From assembly GCF_006345805.1 (NCBI RefSeq), contig NC_043004.1:72230001-72294000 (forward strand): a DNA stretch of 64,000 nucleotides, read 5' to 3'. The DNA comes from Octopus sinensis. Its lineage: Eukaryota. How positions within the stretch are numbered: position 1 is the stretch's first letter; each line of letters opens with the position of its first letter. This document shows positions 25,010 to 38,399 of the stretch, piece by piece. The notes under the pieces were generated by a model. The model was not told the DNA's origin. It worked only from the letters and a program-made list of their open reading frames with translations, and did no database searches. Position numbers and translations under genes: made by a program.

Positions 25010-27362
25010 TGGAAGGCACCTGGGCATGACAAGATCCCCAACTTCTGGTTGAAATATCTAACAGGAATGCACAAAAAGCTGGCTGAAAACTTTAACAGCA
25101 TACTAGCAGAGCCAGAGACAATGCCTGAATGGCTCACGAAGGGGAAAAACCATCTTAATTCCCAAATCAAATGAAACAACAAAACCAGAAAACTACAGAC
25201 CAATAACCTGCCTCCCTACTATGTTCAAGGCATTTACTGCAGTGATATCGCAAAGGCTGAACAAGCACCTGGACGAAAACAAACTGTTCCCAGAAGAGCA
25301 GAAAGGATGCCGCAAGGGCTCATATGGCTGTAAAGATCAACTAATGATTAATAAAGCCGTAACTGAAGACAGCCACAGAAAGAAGAAAGGCCTCAGTATG
25401 GCCTGGATTGACTACAAAAAGGCGTTTGATAGCATCCCCCACACATGGATCCTCGAAACACTAGCCATTAACAAAGTAGCACCAACAATCATAAAATTCA
25501 TAGAGCACTCTATGAATAAATGGCAAACAGTCCTACACCTCCAAACAAAAGAGGGACTCATGAAAACCAAAGACATCCCCATTAGAAGAGGAATATTCCA
25601 GGGAGACACGCTCTCTCCACTCCTTTTCTGCTTGGCACTGTCACCTCTATCTGATATGCTAAATAGAACTGGATGCGGATATAAATGTTACAGCAAAACG
25701 ATCAGCCACCTTTATATATGGATGACCTAAAACTATACGCTGCAAATGACAAACAGCTGGAAACACTATTAAAGACAGTTCATGGATTTACCAAAGAAAT
25801 AGATATGAAATTTGGATTAGAAAAATGCGCCAAAGTAACCATGAAAAGAGGAAAACTAGTTAAGAGTAACAACATCATACTAGATAAAACCAATGAAATA
25901 AAAGAATTAGACCAAAGCCAAACTTACAAATAGTTAGGAATCCATGAACTAGATAAGACACCACACACAAATGAAAGAGAAATAAAAAAAGAATATTATA
26001 GACGAGTTAGATCAATACTAAAAACAGAGCTCAATGCTAAAAACAAGATAATAGGTATCAACACTTTAGCTGTCCCAGTTATAAGTTACAGCTACAATAT
26101 CCTTAACTGGACACGAAATGAACTGTCCAAAATAGATAGGAAAACAAGAAAATACTGACAGGATCTAGGATGCATCACCCAAAATCTGACATAGAAGACT
26201 ATATATACAACGTATAGAAGGTGGTAGAGGCCTTATACAGCTGCAAAACTACTATAAAATAACCACCATAGGACTGCAAAAATATCTACTTCAGAAGGAA
26301 GGAAAACTGATCCAGATAGCAGCAAAACACGAGCAAAACAAAAAACTGTTCTCAGTATTTAAGGAAGCTGACAAATACAAACAAGAAATCATACCACCTA
26401 ACAAATATGAAGAAGAAGAAGAAGATGAAGAAACAACAAAAGCTATAAAACAAATGAAATCCAAACTAAAAATAGAACAGCAACGAGCCATGATAAAACG
26501 ATGGCAAGAAAAGCCCCTTCATGGTAAATACTGCACTAAACTAAACGCAAAAGAAATAGACAAAGAAAAATCCCAGCAATGGTTGAGAAGCTTAGGACTC
26601 AAAGCAGAAACAGAGGGATTTTTAATTGCAGCACAAGACCAAAGCCTCCCCACCAGAAATTACCAAAAACATGTAATGAAAAGAAATATTACAAGTAACT
26701 GCAGAATATGTGGAGATGGACAAGAAACAATAAATCATATTATCTCTAGCTGCCCAGTCCTGGCTAAGAAGGAATATATTCACAGACATGACAGAGTTGG
26801 AACCTACATACATTGGAAGCTATGCCAACATTATGGAATAACAACAGAAAAAGATGGTATAGGCACACACCAGAAAAGGTCACAGAAAACGAGAAAGCAA
26901 CCATACTCTGGGATATGCCGATACACACAGATAGAGAAATTAAGGCCTACAGACCAGATATAGTTGTCAGAGATCATGAGGAAAAAAATGCTTTCTAATT
27001 GATGTATCAATACCGGCAGATGACAACGTGTCTCTAAAAGAAATGGAGAAACTCTCAAATACAAAGACCTGGAAATAGAGATAACTAGAATGTGGAACCT
27101 GAAAACAGAAACAATTCCTATCATAGTAGGTGCATTAGGCATGATAAAAAATATTCAGACAAATACATAACAAAAACACCAGGACTTACAAACACATATA
27201 ACATACAGAAAATTGCACTACTAGGCACTGCACACATCCTACGCAGAACACTTTCCATACAATAACCATCAGAGCATCACAACAAATCACAGCACATACC
27301 CAATGCACACAGAGCTGCGCTCGGTAGTGAAGTGAAAGCACGCTATAAAAATAAAACTACTG
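25007..27362 (+). mobile_element. 5'-truncated R4/Dong-clade retrotransposon in (TAA)n; a few disruptions
   Basis: NWKAPGHDKIPNFW, EEQKGCRKG, AWIDYKKAFDSIPH, GIFQGDTLSPLLF, YMDDLKL, CRICGDGQETINHIISSC, RHDRV, RPDIVV. TAA repeats on both flanks. Confidence 0.93.
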
Positions 27363-27387
27363 AATAATAATAAATAATAATAATAAT

Positions 27388-28231
27388 AACTACCAGGCCA
27401 ACATATTAAAGAACGGCAGTAGCCCAACATGTCGTGTATGCCGACAACAAAATGAAACCATTGATCATGTTGTCTCCAAATGCAGTCTTCTAGCGCCTAC
27501 AGAGTACCTCAACAGGCATGATAGAGCTGCACAATATATTCACTGGGTAATTTGCAAAAACCTGGATTTGCCCCATGAAAAAAACTGGTGGGAACACAAT
27601 CCACCTCCAGTGCTTGAAAATGACTACATCTCACTCCTCTGGAACTTCACCATTCAAACTGACAGGAAGATAGATGCAAATAGGCCAGACATCATATTGA
27701 AAGACTTCAGACAAAGAACATGCCTCCTCATTGATATGACTGTCCCAATCGATATAAACGTATCTGTCAAGACCTACCAAAAACTGAGCAAATATAAAGA
27801 TCTTGAAATAGAAATCAGCAAAATGTGGAAGCTGAAGACTAAAACAATACCTGTTGTCATAGGTGCCCTGGGAATGATAGCGAAAGGGACTAATTGCTAC
27901 CTAACTCAGATACCAGGAAGCCCAAAAATGGCAGAAATTCAAAAGATAGTGCTCATGGGAACTGCTCATATCCTACGCAAAATACTCTCTATGTAATCCC
28001 AAGGTTTAAAACAAACTTTTATTTATTTATTTATTTATTTATTTTATTTTATTTTATTTTATTTTATTTTTTTCTAATTTTATGTTTATGTATTAGACAT
28101 TCACTAGTACAACACCAAAAAAAAAAAAAAACCAAATATATGGCACAGAACTTCCAACCTGTTGTCTCTTGAGGTCTCTGGGTGAGACTTGGAGCCAACT
28201 TGTACAGACATAAAGCAAAAGTCAAACATAG
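27388..28231 (+). mobile_element. Second 5'-truncated R4/Dong-clade copy (different subfamily); CCHC plus restriction-like endonuclease frame open
   Basis: Open frame 27388-27996: NYQANILKNG..CRVCRQQNETIDHVVSKC..RHDRAAQYIHW..RPDIILKD..LIDMTVP..KYKDL. TAA repeats on both flanks. Confidence 0.92.
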
Positions 28232-28258
28232 AATAATAATAATAATAATGATAATCCT

Positions 28259-28860
28259 TGGATGGAATTTATGAGCATTTAATGCATCGCTACGCGCGTT
28301 TCGAAATATCGTGTTTCTCATAAGATCACAGTTTGTATACCTGGGATGATTACAGCGTAGTCCGTAGTATCCATGGGCATCGGGTTGATCATCTTCAGGG
28401 ATTCATTTCTTTAGGCAATGTGACATTAATGAACGTACAAGAGAGGGATGCTCATCCCTTTTTGACCAGTATGAAGCTTGAGTGAGATCAAACAAAAGAA
28501 TGTACAACCCATCTTTGACATCCGCTGAATGAAAAGCAAAAACAAGTCCAACACCACCACACACATCTCCACTCCCATATAACTACCATTCCTTCCTCTC
28601 TTTCTAGTTCCCTACCAAATACACACAGAAATGCCCACTCAGTCTTCATGCTGGTCAAAAGAGATAAACACCCCTTTGTTGAAGAGCCATTAATGTTATA
28701 TCGTCCGAAGAAATGACTCCATGAATAGGATCAACCCGATGCCCACGGTTACTCCAGACTACACTGTAATCATCCCAGGAATACGGACTGGGATCTTAAT
28801 AGACATGTGATTTGTGGAAACGCGCGTAGCGATGCATTAAATGTTTGTAAATTCCATCCA
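28259..28860. repeat. About 600-bp element with about 155-bp imperfect inverted arms
   Basis: 28259-28415 is the diverged reverse complement of about 28705-28860 (TGGATGGAATTT..ATGCATCGCTACGCGCGTTTC). Confidence 0.8.
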
Positions 28861-30449
28861 TTGATTTTTGTTATTTTTATTATATTTATCCTACATTATA
28901 TCAGTACAGTTTGGTGCAACCTCAAAAGACTTGTTCACCTGTCAACATTATTAGACGGTCACGCATAATGGCGTGTGTGTATGTGTGATGTGTGTATGTG
29001 TATGTGTGCACGCGTGTGCATGTGTGTGCGATATATGTATGTGTGAGTGGTATGTTTATGTGTATGTGCATGTGCGTGTGTGTGATATGTGTTTGTGTGT
29101 GGTGTGGTATATGTATGTGCGCGTGTGGTGTGTGTTTCTGTGTGTGTGTTGGTGTTTGTGTATTTATATATGTGTGTGAGTGTGCGTGTATGTGTGTTTT
29201 ATCCTTTAACAAGAATAGAGTTGAGAGTGACCTCGAAACTCTGATTACTGACGCCATCACTGTCTGATGATTTCTTAGCCAGCCGAAACTTCTACGTCAC
29301 CGTCAATAGTGTACTTGCTAAAGAAAAAATAAGTATTTATTATGCTAAATGTATTCATTTGCTGACAACGTTTCGTGTTGAAACCTTTTCGGTAGTAGGG
29401 TTCGCTCTTATTATCATTACAATTTATATTTGATTGTATTTTTTCACTTAATATTCATCATTTATTCATCATTGCTCTTTTAGATATTAAATGCATCGTT
29501 ATTTCATCTTAAAGCTGTCTGCTTTAAATTTTACGTTTTCAAATGTAACATGATTTGCATACTTTCTACTAAGAATTAATATTTCATCGCTTTAACAGCT
29601 GTAAATATAAATGTTTTTCAACAGAAGTAACACTCAGATTACATTGCTATGAAATATTCACATATTTAATAGCAATGCTTCGCATCACTTTCATTTTGTA
29701 TGTAACAATATTTGATTATATAACTGCATGTTATATATAACCAAACAATAAACTTCTTTCAGTTTACTTCAAATAAGAGACAATGTAAATTAGCAGGATA
29801 TATCTTTTCCCCACACAAAAATATAGTTACGATCATATAGTGCTTAGTAACGAATACTACCTCTATTAAAAATACATCGGTGTATGTATGCAAGCACATG
29901 TGTGTGTGTGTTTATGTGCTACTATTAACTTCATGCGATGAAAGCATGCCAGATAGTATTTTTAATACATCTGGTGTCTCCGCGCAATCTTCAGGCACTG
30001 CCCATTTTGGTATAACAAGCTGTAAAGAGGACAAGATGAGAGAAAAAACGAGAAAAGTGAGAAAGAAGTAGATATAAAGGTGGAAAGGTGAAAAGCATAA
30101 AAACGTAAAGGAAAGCAGAAAGAAGCAACCGGGAGGAGAATTAAAATTATCTCCCTTTTGACCGTAAAATATAAGACTGGAAAGATAGCGGCCTAGAGTC
30201 TGCGGTAGTTCTTCAATCTGGATAGGGTAGCACTTTCCAATTTGTCAACAGGAACTTAGCCACATACTTAAAATCACTGAAAATTTAGAATCTAGAATTC
30301 AGCAGTGTTAGAGTTCTTAGATCTGAAAAGAATTTGAGTTCTTTCAGCTCTGCATAGCGTATATTTGTTTTATCCGTTAACACATGGTATGGATTTTTCA
30401 AATATTTTCCACTTTATCTTGAAGCAGAGCAGTTATAAAAATCGATTCA

Positions 30450-30656
30450 AATGTTGGCACAATGCCAGCAATTTCAGAGAAGGGGATAAATCGATTATAT
30501 CGACTTCAGTGTTCACCGGTACTTATTTTATTGACCCTGAATGGATGAAAGGCTATGTTGACCTCGGCAGAATTTGAATTCAGAACGTAAAGATGATTGA
30601 AATGCCGCTAAGCATTTTACTCGGTGTGCTAACAATTCTGCCAGCTCGCCGCCTTA
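30450..30656 (-). mobile_element. Diverged tRNA-derived SINE with Nin/Deu-like central motif
   Basis: Minus head TAAGGCGGCGAGCTGGCAGAATTGTTAGC..TTCAAATTCTGCCGAGGTCAAC..CTTTCATCCATTCAGGGTCAATAAAATAAGTACC. Confidence 0.75.
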
Positions 30657-32979
30657 AGGGCAGTAATAATAATATCGTATGTCCTTACTATAGCCGTCTC
30701 TGTGTCTATGATTTACTAATTGAACATCCTCCTACTTTCAGACTTATTCTTCATGTCTGGCCCTACTCCATATCAGTCACTCACTGGTTACTTCGTCCAT
30801 TCATTCCTACTCAGAACTGACAGTATTCTGTAAATCTTTCTCTGTACGCATTATTACGATCAACATCAACCTACTGATATCCAAACTTTACATCGACCGC
30901 ATCAAATTTCAGCAGCCTACGACAATCTATAGGAAGATCGTGGGAACTGCCGTTTTGCTTTGTTTAACTTTAAAAAGCTTAAAGTTCTCAAAAAATAATA
31001 CAGTAGGTAGCTAAGTCAGTAAATTATTTGTAAGATTTCTGCTTTCAAATCAACTTCTTTTATTCAGGTGAGCTCAGCTTTTAACGAAATGCCCAAAACA
31101 TAACTGCAAGACCTTTCCTTACATGTCTCCCCAATCAAGGTTCACCTGGTACTAAATAATATCAACAATAATAACGTTCTGATGTTTTCCTTGCATATCC
31201 AATCCAACATTGATGGAGCAGTTCAGTTAATTTTCACTGTGCTACATGTTCACTTTAATATCTTGATAACGCTTTTGCCACACTCTGTCTGTGCACTTAC
31301 ATATAACTCATTGATATCCATTTCTGGTTGTTTCAGGCAAGAAGTTGCAGAAAGTATATCACATGACCGGACAATCATTTGAAAGAAGTCCTATTTATTT
31401 ATACTGGGGGAATTTGTCTATTAAAAAGGTAATGCAATTTGGAAATTTCAAAATGATTTACATATAAATAACAATTTCTCAGTTCCCTATCTCTTGGGGT
31501 ATATGATTTTTACATTCCCCTGTCGATATAGCAAAAGTGTTGTAATTAATGCTGTTGGTTTTATTTATGTTCTGTCTACTGTTTAACCCTTAGATTCAAA
31601 CAGGATCCAGTTTTGATTCTGTGTTTTATTTTCGTACATAGTATTTCTATAACAAGATTATCCAGTATTCAATTATTAGGCGGTTGGGTATAATCTGAGA
31701 AAGGTTTGCCTTCTATTTCTAGCAGATTAAGTGAGAAAATTGACGTTCATTCTGTTGTATGTGAGGTTAAAATGGAGTGCGGCATATAGTAATATCAGCT
31801 ATGATGGAAGTGTTATCATGTACGTGTTCTGTCATCGTATAAAAGTTGAGTTACAGCAAATATTCTGGTTAGTACCACAGATATGCTTGTCAGATGCTTG
31901 ACCATAACCAGTTGAGCATGCCCCATTGTGGCTAACTATATGTGCATCTCTGATCACGAGCAGAAGTAGTGGGGAAGCATCATAGCCATGTATTGAGAGG
32001 AATTCTTTCGGGTTTGAATAATTCACCTCTGGAAACAAGGGTGTTTTATTCAACGTCCTTAAAATAAACCTTATTCAGAGACCTTTTGACTGGGATAAGC
32101 TACTCTGGACTTGAAGAAAATTCTCACTAGGCTCCACCTGCGAGGTTGACTTTTCCTTTCATCATTCCAAAGATGATGAAATATTGAGCCAAACGTCCTG
32201 CCATAAGATACGGCGAGTTCATAATCAGCAACATAACCAAGATTGTTTGGAAATTGATACGGTGTTGAGATAGAAATATCAGTAGGCTATGAAATAAAGT
32301 GGTGTTAAACGATCCAAATGACGAAGTGTTCAATCTCTCTACCGGAGTGTTGGAGTAGAAAGAATGAAAGGTGTAAAAGGTATTTCGACATTGAAACAAA
32401 TAAGAAAGGCGATTTAAGGAGTTTGAAGAGCGCTGAAAGAGCAAGTGAACTTGGATCAACGTGGAATAATTACTTTCAAGCGCAATAACAAGATATTTGA
32501 ACCGCTATACTAAGTTCGAAATGGGTATGGTGAGTGGTTATAAGTTTAGGTATATAAAATTTAGTAAACGCGGGTTATATAAAGAGAGATAGAGATAAAG
32601 ATATGATTGTGGCTCAGAGATGAGAACTGTTTTGTTTCGCATTTTCATAAGAATTGCTGGATGAGTGAAATTTAGATAGAACTTAACGAATACCAATGTA
32701 ACATTGAGATGGAATTGATACTTGCTGATTTTATCTTTGGTTTTGTTTCTGTTCTGAATTTGTCATGATTTTGTACTCTTCACAGATGCAACAGAACTTT
32801 TGCAAAAATATCGAAATCCCAATATGTAGTCCAATGCCTTGTAAATCACGAATATTTTTTCCTAAACCCGAAAACTTTCGCTTCCTTTATCGTGCATTTC
32901 AATCACAATTGTGCTCTCTCAGATCTTTCTTTATCGAACTCTCTCTTTCTCTATTTCTCGACATACACACAAATATAAG

Positions 32980-33080
<101 letters not shown>

Positions 33081-33208
33081 ATAATATATATATATATACG
33101 AACACGAAAACACATATTTTACCCTTTCACTTTCGTTTCTCTTTTTTCTCTCTGTCTCTTTCTCTCTCTCACTACTCACACGCACCTACACACACACAGA
33201 CACACACA

Positions 33209-33243
<35 letters not shown>

Positions 33244-33859
33244 CCTGACTTCTCTATTCTTTTTTCTCTTTTGTTCTGAGATTTTCTTACTCTGTGTCTC
33301 ACTCTTCCTCACTTTTCTCTTTCCCTCTCTTCCTCACCCGCCTTCTTTCTCCTTATAACTCATCCTTATCTTCTTTCTCTTTCTGCTACTCACTCCTCTC
33401 TCACTCTCTTACATTCTTTATAAATCCTTGTCAACTTTTCATTTGCAGGTGGAATTTACGTGGAACAGACAGTACATATACACATTCAATGGAACAGGGA
33501 CAAATGCTACATCGTTCTACCGGAATGAGAAGTTCATTTCTTTGAAGCCAGATACCAACAAGAAAAGGAACTTTACATCCAACAATGAGTATATATTATC
33601 TCCTAATTTGTGTTAACCGCTTTAATGTTTTCGTGATAATAATAATGATTTCTCGCAGTCAAAGAATAATCGCTTATTTTGAGGGAAGAGTGACAGCAAT
33701 TATATTGATTTCACTAATTAACTGGTATCAATTTAACGACCCTGGAATAATGAGAGGCAAGTGTTGGCTTGCTAGGATTTGAACTCAATACGTTAAGGAA
33801 AGAAACTATCACCAGTTGCATTATTTGGCACCTTGCTGTTTCTTACATTCATTGTTTTA

Positions 33860-33868
33860 GTAGTAGTG

Positions 33869-33938
<70 letters not shown>

Positions 33939-33940
33939 AA
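33860..33940. repeat. (TAG)n microsatellite
   Basis: Direct reading. Confidence 0.95.
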
Positions 33941-34829
33941 GTAACCACAACAAAATACAAATACTAATGTTGTAACAGAACTAGAATTTGTGACAGAACG
34001 CAAATGTTAGAAGAAATGCTTTTACACAGCGAGTTCCACTGAGAAACCAAGTTTGCGAAACAACATGACTCATCGCAGAATGGAGATTTATAAATAGGAA
34101 ATAAAAGTCCGTTGATGGTTGCTCAAGTTAAAGCACTGAGCAATAATTTAGTGAGTATAGATATGTATTCCATATTTTCAACGGGTAAGGGCCGCTTATA
34201 TTATCAGCAAATGGACAATAATAATTATATCTTAGCAAGCTTTGTTTACGCGACGTCATAAGGTTTAAATTTACCTGCAAAATTAATATAAGGACATAAA
34301 CACCTCAGACAAAAGGTATAATCAGGAACTACAAAAGGTTCATTATGGAGATGGCAAACCAAAATCTTCCATAAGATTTTTGACATCCAAACAGAGAGAA
34401 ATGAACACCATTGACCAGATATCCTTCTCAGCATCAGCATCAGTATTATTCCGCTTCTGCTCTCAAATGCAGCAGGTTGATGCCACTGGCTTTTGTTGGC
34501 TGCAATTTTCTCTGCATCATTTTATATTAACATCTCTCATTTCGGTTATGAATGTTCTGCGTCATGTATATTTCTTTCTTTTTCTCTAAAGCTAATTTAG
34601 AATGGTGTAGTTCTGGTAGTCGAAGTATGTGACCTGCTAGTTTTAATCTTAATCTTCGTTATTTGCGGATTTCTCAAAGTGGTCTTGTATTCAGGGACAA
34701 TAGCGAGTCCCACCGGGAGTGTGATATGAGGACTAATAGAGGAAAGATCATTAACTGGAAAAATTTTTGACTGAAATATTACCATAAAAGTAGTAGAAAA
34801 CTGTCAAAAAGAAAGGATCTTCAAATAGA

Positions 34830-34995
34830 AATATTTAAGATGCGGGGCTTCAAAGGGAAAACCACACCAATAATATTTGGAAATTATTAGGTATGATAAA
34901 AGATATAAACATAGAAGCCATATCAAGACTAACAGCCCTACACATTGTCCAAAACTATAGGATCATCCTGCATCCTGTGCGAAGCATTATTAATT
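34830..34995 (+). mobile_element. Possible highly decayed 3' end of an R4/Dong-like element
   Basis: KTTPIIFG..LGMIK..LHIVQ resembles TIPIIVGALGMIK..IQKIAL of the element at 25007. Confidence 0.35.
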
Positions 34996-36149
34996 CAACA
35001 GCACAGTCCAAATAGAACAATCTTCAAAGACACAATACAATCTATAAAATAAGCACCTGATAAAATAAAACGGTACACCTCGCGCGATATATACTTTACA
35101 AGATTAATGCCTAATAAAGTAACACAACTCATATTCCATACACTACACAAGAAATCATCAAACGCTAATATATCACGTGATACAACAGGCTGAACTCCGC
35201 AGCAAAAAAACCCATGCACTATTCTGACAGGTTAAATCTATACACCTCCATCCCATATAAAAATGAGAACACAGAAAATGCTACACACATTTCAGAAACA
35301 TGGAAACGGTGCAATTGAAACTTGCATGAAACTATCAAAGAAATATCAACAACAATCGCTTCTAATTTAAAGACAAAGCCATGGATTTTGTGAGGGCATA
35401 ATGTAATACATCGTTTCCAGTGTTGCATTAATCTATCGATTCTGTGGATAAATTTGAACTCAGAACATACAGAGCTGAAAGCAACACACCTAGGCATATT
35501 TCCGATTGTCTAACGATTTTGCCACTCCACAAGGCCATTCCAAATGCTAAACTACTGTCCTTCTAAAATTATTTCTAAGATAAGTACAAGAACTAAAATT
35601 TGGAGAGAGGACGAAAGACATTATTTTGGGGTTTCAAAGATTACGCGATTCCAAGACAAGTAGAAGTGTCTTATTTTCTAAAATATTCTGAATTGTTTTT
35701 CCAATCCAATTACACTTTACTATTATCAGTCGAGGTGATTCGACATGCATTCTTTCTATCAAAGAAATATTATTGGATTGTCATTGTTGGAAAGCTTTTG
35801 GTAATTGACCTTTTTCATCACAGCTGAACTGAAGTCAAATAACAAGTTCTGATTTATCCAAATTACACGTTTTTATACGTTCAATATCATGAATAACAAA
35901 CGGGCTATGTGACACTTGCTAACTCAATAGTGAAAAAGTAAACCATCAATTTAATTAAGCATAACTGATTGTCGTAAAAAAAAGACATGACAGAAGTAAA
36001 CAGGCACACATATCATTAAAATTTAGTTAAATCTGAAATTATATATTCAAATTATGTATTGATTCTTATAATATGAATTTCTAATATTTAATAGACATGT
36101 CCTTGGCATTTTTCAATGCAAGAAGCCTATTAGGAAGTTATTGTTTAGA

Positions 36150-37417
36150 TTAATATTCTCTTCAGGAATTTCTTGCCACGTTACGTGCAGTAATCTCAGA
36201 AGACCCGGCTGTGAGCATGCCTTTTTGTTCTTTTTACGAAGTATCTCGTCCATTATGCCCCAATTGCATTCAATAGGATTCATATCTGATGTCTAGCTTG
36301 GCTGTGGAAGCTTCTTAAGGCCATTCTCTTCCAACCGATCTTGGGTCTCTTTAAACGTGTGACAAGGAGCCCCATCTTCGATAAATAGAGCGTCACCTTT
36401 AATCATTTTACCACTGGAGAAGATTGAGAGGAATGACTTCGGCAATATGGAGACATATTTATTTAAGTTTATGTATCCCTTACACTCCACCAGCTCTGTT
36501 CAACCATTACTATAAATTGCTCCCCAGACCATCAGATTGTTGGTTGCAATCTCTTCACATCGGATTCTTAACCACAGAATCTCCAGACAAACACTTGATC
36601 ACTGTCTGAAAAAGCAGCAAACCTGAACTCATCAGAGAATATGACAATGTCCCAAAATGCTAGTGCCCTCTCTACCATCTCACTGGCCCAATCTTCTCCG
36701 CTTGATATTGGCGTCTTTAAAAAGTGGCTTTCTCCTTGCTGCTTTGTCATTGTAACCAAGTTTATGAAGACACCTGGCAGCTGTTCTGAGACTGACATCA
36801 AATTGTTCTGCTATGTCAGATTTGTTGTAACGAGGAGTATCCGGGAGACTTCTCTTAATAAAGGAAAGGGCCCTTCAGAATGTCCTGGTCGACCTGGACG
36901 AGGTAGTGGGTACTCCTTCCCTTCTATGGGGAATTGTGCAATCACTCTATTCACTGTAGAAAGTGGGACCACGAAGTTTTCTGCGACTTTATGCTGGTGA
37001 AGTCCACCTACATATAGACTGGCAATATGGCCTCTTTGAAATTCGGACAGTTCTAAGGTTTCTTTTGTACGTGGCATGATAGGCAGTGACAAACAGAAAC
37101 TGAGTCACGAAAATGTCAAGTAACAAAAAAAATATACCTTTTTAAGTTGAAATAAACATCAAACTATGTTTTATGGGGTGTCTATTTGCTTGTTTTATGT
37201 TTTATGGAGTGTCATGTATTTGTATAGTCGTTCAAGTTTTCATTATGATAATCCTTATTAAATTTATCAATTGTAGTATCACAACACCGTATTTTCACAT
37301 GGATTTTGGAAACACTATGAACTATGGTAACTGGATCGAAGCCAAAATGGTGAATGGACACTACAGACTTATGTATTACAACGGTATGTAAAATGTATCA
37401 CCCTGTTTGTGAGTGCA
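36150..37417 (-). mobile_element. Degraded Tc1-like transposon
   Basis: MPRTKETLELSEFQRGHI..LSTVNRVI..RPGRP (ATG 37077), VIFSDEFRF, LFIEDGAPCH, SDMNPIECNW. A possible TIR end TA|TGCACTCAC lies near 37417. Confidence 0.8.
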
Positions 37418-37451
37418 TATATATATATATATATATGCATATATACATTCA

Positions 37452-38053
<602 letters not shown>

Positions 38054-38399
38054 TACATTTGTCAGGGGAGAGTCAGAGTGCTTTGATACAACGAAGTTTG
38101 TTTCAGCTCACGGATTAACATGAGGAATCGTGAAAACCAAACACAAAACGAAGTAAATATATGTATGCGTGTGTGTTCGAATAGGATGTAGATATGTTTG
38201 TGTATATGTCTGTATGTCTGTATGTCTGTATGAGTGTGTGTTGCGTGTGTCTGTGTGTTTGTGTGTGTGTATGTGTGTGTGAGTCCGTGTGTGTGTGTAT
38301 GGAAAAGTATGCATATTTGAATACTAATTATTTTTATACAAGCTACTTTTGGATTACATACATATGTATACATGTTAATTCGCTCGTGGAATAGTAATT

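Noticed and set aside
31675-31800. Possible mariner left end (TATTAGGCGGTTGGGTATAA, ATGGAGTG)
   Set aside because: No matching right TIR or transposase motifs were found.
31832-32053. Cysteine-containing minus-strand ORF
   Set aside because: Short, with no convincing splice sites or domain match.
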